A model generated the notes under the pieces. It saw only the letters and a list, made by a program, of their open reading frames with translations, did no database searches and was not told the DNA's origin. DNA of 64,000 nucleotides from Eledone cirrhosa (taxonomy: Eukaryota): the NCBI GenBank assembly GCA_964016885.1, contig OZ024741.1, positions 253,580,001 to 253,644,000 on the forward strand, written 5' to 3'. Position numbers and translations under genes: made by a program. This document shows positions 56,590 to 64,000 of this stretch, one piece after another. Position 1 is the stretch's first letter. Each line of letters begins with the position of its first letter.

Positions 56590-56799
56590 AATGAAAGCTA
56601 TACCCATTTTCACAAGAGAAGACATCTCTTACCTACCCCAAAGTGGGTGGGAGATCTCCCTGTTGGAGGGGGAGAGCTGACAGGTCTGCCTTTTCATTTC
56701 TTCTCTCTAAATCTCTCTTTCTCCTTCTCTGGAAGAAATTGGCTGTGTTCAGACCTAGAGAGGAGATGGGCTCCTCCATGTTTAAAGTACCCATGTTTG

Positions 56800-57097
56800 T
56801 CATAATTTATGCCGACACCTCCATCAGGAATTACGAGTATATACATACATTCTATACACTGTACCCTACCAGGAATGGTATTTGATGTGTCCATATACAA
56901 TCCTGCCACCATCACATATTATCACTATTTTCTTTATTCTTTACATGCACACATGTATCTGTGTGTATATCATGACTCATACACTGTTCACTTTCCTGAC
57001 ATTTGTACATTATTCTATGTACTATACATGCACCTTTGATGAGTTGTAGTGCACCTGAGCACTGCACACAATAATTTTTATTATTATTATTATTAAT
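56800..57097 (+). mobile_element. Probable LINE 3' UTR ending in (ATT)n tail
   Basis: Terminal stem GTAGTGC-acctga-GCACTGC followed by an (ATT)n tail. The upstream segment 56700-56790 resembles 3700-3780 (inverted). Confidence 0.45.
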
Positions 57098-57646
57098 TCA
57101 ACATATGTTATTGCCAATTAAATCTGATATGAAATGGACCTCAATTGGTTTCGATGATAATTGTTCCAGTTGTTAGATCAACAAGACAACCTGCTCATGG
57201 AATTAGCGTGTAAGTGGCTGAGCATTCCACTGACACGTGTACCCTTAACGTAATTCATATTGAGATTCAGTATGACATTGTTTGACAAAGCTGGCTCTTT
57301 GAATTACAGCTACAGTCTATCCTAGGGGCTTCCAAACAATTTCCGTCTACACAATTTCACTCACAAGGCATGGATCATCCCAATGCTATGGCAATGACAC
57401 TTGCCCAAAATTCCCTACTGTGGGATTAAACCCGGGACCTAATGATTACAAAACAAACTTCCTAATCATCGGGAGTTGTTGCGTCCAAAGTCTGATATAG
57501 CAGCCATTTAAAAATATATTCAATACATTGTCGTAGCATATTCAAGGAACATAACTCTTGTCATTTATTTGAATACTCTCCCCTTAATCTGCGAAATTAT
57601 TTTAAACAATATCCGTTGTTCTTGTTCTTGTTGTTGTTGCTGATGC

Positions 57647-57695
<49 letters not shown>

Positions 57696-60600
57696 GGTGG
57701 TGGTGGTGGTGGTGGTGGTGTTGGTGGCGGTGGTAATGGGGGTGGTAGTGTTGGAGTTGGTAGTTGTGTGAGTATTCTTTTTGTTGTTATTGCTGCTGCT
57801 CTTGTTGTTGTTGATGGTGGTGGTGGTGGTGGTGGTGATAATGGTGGAGATGGTGTTAGTGGTGGTATTGGTGGTGGTACTTGCGTGTGTACTTTTTGCT
57901 GTTACTGTTGCTGTTGTTGTTGGTGGTGATGATGATGAGGATGATAATAGTTATGAAAGGAGACTGTTTAGATGCACTGGTAGACATATGGTCAAAGACA
58001 TTCAAGCCATGACCATATAACAACTAAACATAAGTATACATTGGATTACATAGGTCCTTCCTCCTTCAGACGTCATCATCATCTGCTTTCCCTGAAAGCA
58101 AGGGCTGGAGGGATCTTCACAGATCAAGTCACTACTAAAGCAATGCTACTAGCTTCCCAGACAGGCCGGAAGGTGGTGGGGGGTTGGCATCCCAACTTAC
58201 ATACTGTCACTTGTTCTGTCAAGTGGATTTTATCATGGCACCAGCACTAAAGAGGTTGTCATGTGTTTATCACAACTAAAGGATCCTCCCAACCCTTTGC
58301 TCCACAAGCTTTCTACAACTGGATGCCCTTTGTATCACCAACCCCTTTACATAGTGTGCTGGGTGCATTTATCATATAGATCACCAACACTAAGAAGATT
58401 GTCATGTTTTTGACACAACTGAAGGGTCCTCCAACTTTTTTTTTGGCACGTTTTCTACAGCTGGATGCCCTTCATATCATCAACCCATTTACATTATGTA
58501 CTGGATGCATTTATCGTGTAAATCATCAACACTAGGGAGGTTGTCATGTCCTTAATACAACTGAAGAGTCCTCCAACCTTTTCTTTAGGAGAACCTTATT
58601 ATTTGAACGAGATGTAGCAGCTAATACTAGTACACTGAACCACCACATTATGGCTCACATAGTCTAAGTATGTATGTGTATATAGAGCTATGGTTTATAA
58701 ACCTACCATATAAATATTTGCCTGTCTCAAGCCGCCTTCATAGAGTATATTTCAGCTCTGGGTGTTCGATCTGTCAGCTGTGAAAAGCAGATGCACACAT
58801 GGACAGTTTATTTTTGCTTTTAATGCATATCATGTACACACACATATGCACACGCATACATACAGACACAATCTCACACACACACACACTCACACATACA
58901 CATACTTGCACACATATACACATACATACATATACACTCATATGCACACATACACACTCGTACACACACATAGATGCATATATATGTAGCCAATCTGTCG
59001 TACTTTTATGAAGTACTGAGGCTAAAGTTAATATAAAACTGGTTTACTCATATGCAGAGATGCTATAAAATAGCTTGTATAATAGGGTGAAGACCCTTAA
59101 AGATCGAAAAAGAAGTTGCCTTTGGTTACTATGAAGAATATAATTGCATATGTCCCTGTTATCTAGTAGATATGGGGTTTGATTCCTCATAGTGGTCATT
59201 GACATTTTTTTTTAAATGTAAAAAATAAATAATCAAGAAGGATACCACTTACTTGATTATTTAATTTTTACATTCGTTACTTTATATACTTTAAATTTTG
59301 CCTGTCATTCTCGACAAGAGGCCAGTTTTTTCCACTGGAGGGTGATAACAAGTAATATCCAGCTCTGAACCCAATCCCTAACATGAATATACACTTTGCC
59401 ACTTAGATATTATTCTTAGCATGTTGACTGTTGTCTAGTTTTCTGGACTTCTAATTTTTAACTTTTAGCGTCTGAAATTTAGTTTTGGAAGAAGTGCCAA
59501 CACTTTAAACCCAATATATAACAATGTCAGACTTGAACCCATCACCACTTCTAACACTACAACTCAAGGGCACACCTTACACCACAACTCCACACTCTCT
59601 GATCCACCCTATCTCGACACAAATCATTCCATCTATCTATAACTTTATACCCTAGAAATATCCCCATAAACACCTACTTTTAGTATAATTACTTTCAATT
59701 ACTTATAATTATATAGTGATACAATACAGTCTATATAAACTTTAAATACTAGATACGGCAATGAATTATTTATGCATTTGTAATTAAATGTATGGAGTGA
59801 TAACATTTGATATATATAAGATTAATTTATTAACATAAGAGATCTGTCTAACTTATATGTTGAGTGCAATGAATTATGTATGAATGGTATGTGAGTTATA
59901 CATGCAAGTATAACTTGATGGATAGATTAATGACATTGTAAATGAGGGATGTTTTTGTCTGCCCTAGAGATGTATTTGGCTTTGCCATGCAAACAGCCAT
60001 ACGCTGCTCCATAACTTACCAGGGATTATGTAGACATAATTATAATGGGTCCCCTGACATGTTCTGTGAGTAGACTACATTTGCAAAGAACTTTGATATA
60101 AAGATATGGCTCTTTGTATGGAATATTCAGTTGTAGCACTGTATGATAGGGAGTAATCATCCTAATATAAATACCTTTAGTACATCATGATAGAGTAGAC
60201 TGTATTTAAAATTGGAAACTGGATATAAATATATAACCGTCTATATAAGGGACTCAATTGAGACACCTTATAGTGTATGTTAGACCAATGAATTTAGTTA
60301 TGGAAATCAGCTAGTTACCTCCCCTTAATTACACACATACTTACGGATAATAAACCGATGTAAATTCTCGCAGCAGAATCAACCTATTCTATAAAATTGG
60401 ATTAAATAACACTGAGCCGCAATAAGCTAAAATAATTTAATTTAATGCATCAAACATCCAATACGGAATCATCGTTAATTATGTGATGGATGTATAAACT
60501 ATATATTACTTTTCCTGAATGTGAAAATGGTGGTGGATACGAAAACCATAACTTTCTTTTGCTTCTCCTTTTTATTTTTCTGCACACATACTTTTTTTAT

Positions 60601-61176
60601 TATATACAAAAAATACCTTACCACTACAACCTCCATAATACTCTTACTTACCCGCTTAAAGTGCTTGTATTACATGTAACACCCTGCCACACAATAATCA
60701 TATATAAATGAGACACACGTGGATGTGCCACGTGTAACTAACGCATACACTAACTACTACATCTGACTAACAAACTATCCTCTTGCATTATCTATGTTAA
60801 CTGCCGAATGTATTTTAATTTTGTATTTTAATTTTGTTTTAATTTTAATTTTGATTTTGAATTTGAATTGCTATACAGAAATAATATAGTATAATATATG
60901 TCACTCCACTGTACATCAATATATACATATGTATCTGTATGTCTCTTGCGTTGGAAAGGAGGTCAATTATGTGTACAAACATCCTGGGTTTGGATGAAAC
61001 AATTGTAAGTGAATAAATGCTTTGAACATAGCTTTGATTCTTGTGAATTCTCTCTCTATATATATATGATTAATTATAGTTCTCATGACACTCCAGCCAT
61101 GACTATTCCATATTTTATTTTGTTTTTGTTGTTTTTTCAAACATAGTATACCTAAGATTACATATGCTGTTGCTTC

Positions 61177-61402
61177 TTAACCCTTTAGCATTTAAACCGG
61201 CCATATCCAGCCAGAACTACCTCACCTCTTTCTGTTCAAACTGGTCGTATCTGGCCACTGATACCTACATTAAGGTATTTTCCTTAAAATAGATAACAAA
61301 ATCTCGTAGATTCGATATTATGTGAGATAATTATGTAAGATAAAACCTTTACTGTGAAAATAAAATAGTATATATAGAATCATGTAAATGCTAAAGGGTT
61401 AA
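61177..61402. mobile_element. piggyBac-like MITE
   Basis: Perfect TTAA CCCTTTAGCATTTA ... TAAATGCTAAAGGG TTAA. Confidence 0.85.
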
Positions 61403-61464
61403 GACAGGCCTAATTTTACTAGAATTTTGAAAAAGGTTGAACGGCCACATCATGTCAAGTGTGA

Positions 61465-61905
61465 CATCTCACATATCTCAACCAGATGTGTCTCAAGCAA
61501 CTTCTGTCAACCAGATGATTACTTACACCTGTCATATCTGTCAGCCAGATGTGTCTCTAGTCCTCAAACATCTGTCAAGTAGATGATTCATTACATCTAT
61601 CAAATCTGTAAGTTAGTAGTCTCCTCACAACTGTTACATCTGTTGACCAGATGTGTCTGAAGCACTCTCACCTCTGTCAACTAGGTGATTACTTACATGT
61701 TACATCTGTAAGCTAGATAATTGCTTAAATCTGCAAGCTAGTAGTCTCCTCACAACTGTCACATCTGTCTCTAAAACTCTCATATTTATCTCAACTAGAT
61801 GCTTCCCTACATCTGTCACATCTATCAGTTATATGCTTCCCTACATATGTTACATCTGTCAGCTAGATTTCCCTCTCCAGCAGTCACATCTGTCAGCTAG
61901 ATGTC
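61465..61905. repeat. Degenerate array of CATCTG-N5-(C/T)AGATG palindromic units
   Basis: About 13 units with 10-20 nt semi-variable spacers. Confidence 0.75.
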
Positions 61906-62581
61906 TCACGACAATTTGCTCATATTCTGCTATAAAACATTCCCTCTTTCTACCATCTGCACATCTTTATGTACTTTTTTTTCCCCTTCATTCCACTACT
62001 TTTTCCTCCACTTCTGCTTCACCACTTTGTCCTGTCTTCCTTTTCCTCTCCACATTGTTCTTCCTCTTTCTCCCTTTTCCTTCAGTTTTTTACCTACTTC
62101 TCTGACATTTAAATGTTTTCTATCTTTTTAGCTCTCTATTTCTTTCCACCATTTTTTCTTCTCAATATAGTTTCTTCCTTTTGTTACCACATTTCTATGT
62201 TTCAATATTTTTAAAATAATACATAATTTGCAGGAATTTAATAAAATAATTTTTTTTCACTTGTAAGCTGATGTTTAGAACATTAGGGAAAAACATTTCT
62301 TACATAAAATTATGATGGAAAGCTTTAATGTTAAATAAAAACATTTTAAAATGAGCAATTTTGTATCATAAAATTGATAGTGGTATCAAAAGGGTGAAGA
62401 AGCCACGATAACATTCTGTAATTTTCATTCTCAATTCTCCTCCAACAAAACACTTCATTCTACCTACACATTCATGAAGTTAGTATACATTTTTTTCCCA
62501 GTTTATGCTGCAGTAAAAAAACATTTCTGTATCAAGGAATTTCAATAAATAAAATATATTTTAGTTAAAGGCTAAACTTAC

Positions 62582-64000
62582 CAGCAATGTTGATGGTGAT
62601 TTCCTCTCTGTTGAAGGTATTATCCAGTCATTCTGGGACTCATATTGTGGATAAAACTCGTTGTTGGATTCCATCAGCAGAATATTCCTATTGCGCATGT
62701 CTACTGAATGTCTAGGTGCTGGAATGGCTTTTTTGGTTTGTGTAGTATAGTGACTTTTCTCTCGATTACAAGGAATAGCTGTACTAACTCCAGGTCTTGC
62801 TTGATTTATCTGACCATTGTTACATCTCACAATGCACAATGTAACAGAAACCACAACAACAATAGATACTATCACAGCTGCTACTACAATGATAATTAAC
62901 ATTGTTGCATCTACTGTGTTGTCTGATGGTAGATGAGCAGAATTTAGTATTGTAGATGTTTTATTACTAACAGTTAATGTCAAAGAAAGGGTGGTTGTTG
63001 AGGACAGTATTGGAGTGCCATTGTCTTTCACAGCCAACAACAGTTTATAAGACCCAGCATCATTTTGATAGACTGTCCGGGAGAATGACATCACTCCAGT
63101 ATATGGGTTCACTTTAAATAACTGTTTTGTATTACCATCGAGTATTTCATATTTCAAGAATGCATTTTCCCGACTGTCCCTGTCAGAAGCCCTCAGAACT
63201 GTAATATCGTTCTTACTCTGAGGATAATAGTGGACATCAAGACTGAAGGGGCTAACACTGGGGAATGTAAAGTAAGGGGCATTGTCGTTCTCATCAAGAA
63301 CTTCAACAATAACATTGGCTGTGTTGTTTAGTGAAGGGACACCACTGTCTTTAACAAAAACCTTGAACCTGAATGCCTCCTGTTTTTCTCGATCTAATGG
63401 TCTATTTGTAGAGATAAAACCATAGTTAGCAATCCTAAAAGGTAAATTACTATCAGTATTACTAAACAGGGAATATATCAGAGTTCCTCCTAAGCCAACA
63501 TCTGGGTCAGTTGCATCAATGAAACCGACTGGAAAATTTGCTTTCTCATTTTCATAAGTTAGAAATTTAAATGTTTCTCTTGTAAACTGTGGCTGTACAT
63601 CGTTGACATCCATTACTTCAATGGAGAACTGTCTTTGAGTATGTAAAGGAGGGGATCCTTTATCTTCACAAGAAATTGTAATGTCATACCTATCTTGTTT
63701 CTCTCTGTCAACAGGTTTCTTTAAAGTTATTTTGTATTCATTTGATCCTAAATCTAAAAGAAGGAATTTATCATGGTGTAAGCGACATTCCACCTCACCA
63801 TTCTGTCCAATGTCATTGTCAATAACACTGACATAAGCTATGAAGCTGCCTACTTTGATTCCCTCTGATATTGAGGCAGTATTCTTTCTCAATTCTGAGA
63901 CAAAATTAATATCAATCTCTGGAGGATGGTTTTGCTGGTCAACAACATTAATCAGAACCATTGCAATAGAAGTAAGGGGTGAGCTTCCACCATCTTTAGC
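62582..64000 (-). CDS. Protocadherin, 3' portion of the large ectodomain/TM exon (5'-partial, continues beyond window end)
   Basis: The frame is open from 64000 (AKDGGSSPLTSIAMVLINVVDQQNHPP...). It has cadherin motifs DRE, DxD, DxGxP and DxNDNxP (DVNDVQPQF, DENDNAPYF), giving the end of one EC repeat plus about three more. These are followed by a hydrophobic TM segment (MLIIIVVAAVIVSIVVVVSVTLCIV) and a cytoplasmic stretch. A strong donor CTG|GTAAGT follows ...PSTLL; unspliced read-through would stop at 62561. Confidence 0.95.

Noticed and set aside
61465-61905. CRISPR-like look (palindromic repeat with spacers)
   Set aside because: Repeats are degenerate, spacers are short and related to each other, there are no cas genes and the context is eukaryotic.

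Overview
This is eukaryotic, repeat-dense genomic DNA. It is most likely a coleoid cephalopod (Octopus-like), inferred from the protocadherin type and the tRNA-derived SINE families. The only host coding sequence I can support is the 3' part of a large protocadherin exon on the minus strand, running from 64000 to a phase-0 GTAAGT donor at 62582/62581. The other ~62 kb is intron-like or intergenic: micro- and minisatellites, two abundant SINE families, TTAA-flanked MITEs, a non-autonomous Helitron, decayed L1/Tx1, RTE and mariner fragments, and a 5'-truncated Penelope-like element (RT + GIY-YIG) with inverted pseudo-LTRs. The most striking hidden layer is RNA structure. Reading by eye I find about ten well-formed and several decayed type-I hammerhead ribozyme motifs from several families, many with (near-)palindromic helix III and two with a large branched helix II. 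There is also a cluster of long fold-backs at 53-56 kb and a paired E-box array just inside the putative protocadherin intron. Nearly all long ORFs in the supplied track are simple-repeat artefacts. All calls come from manual reading; no searches or folding programs were run.
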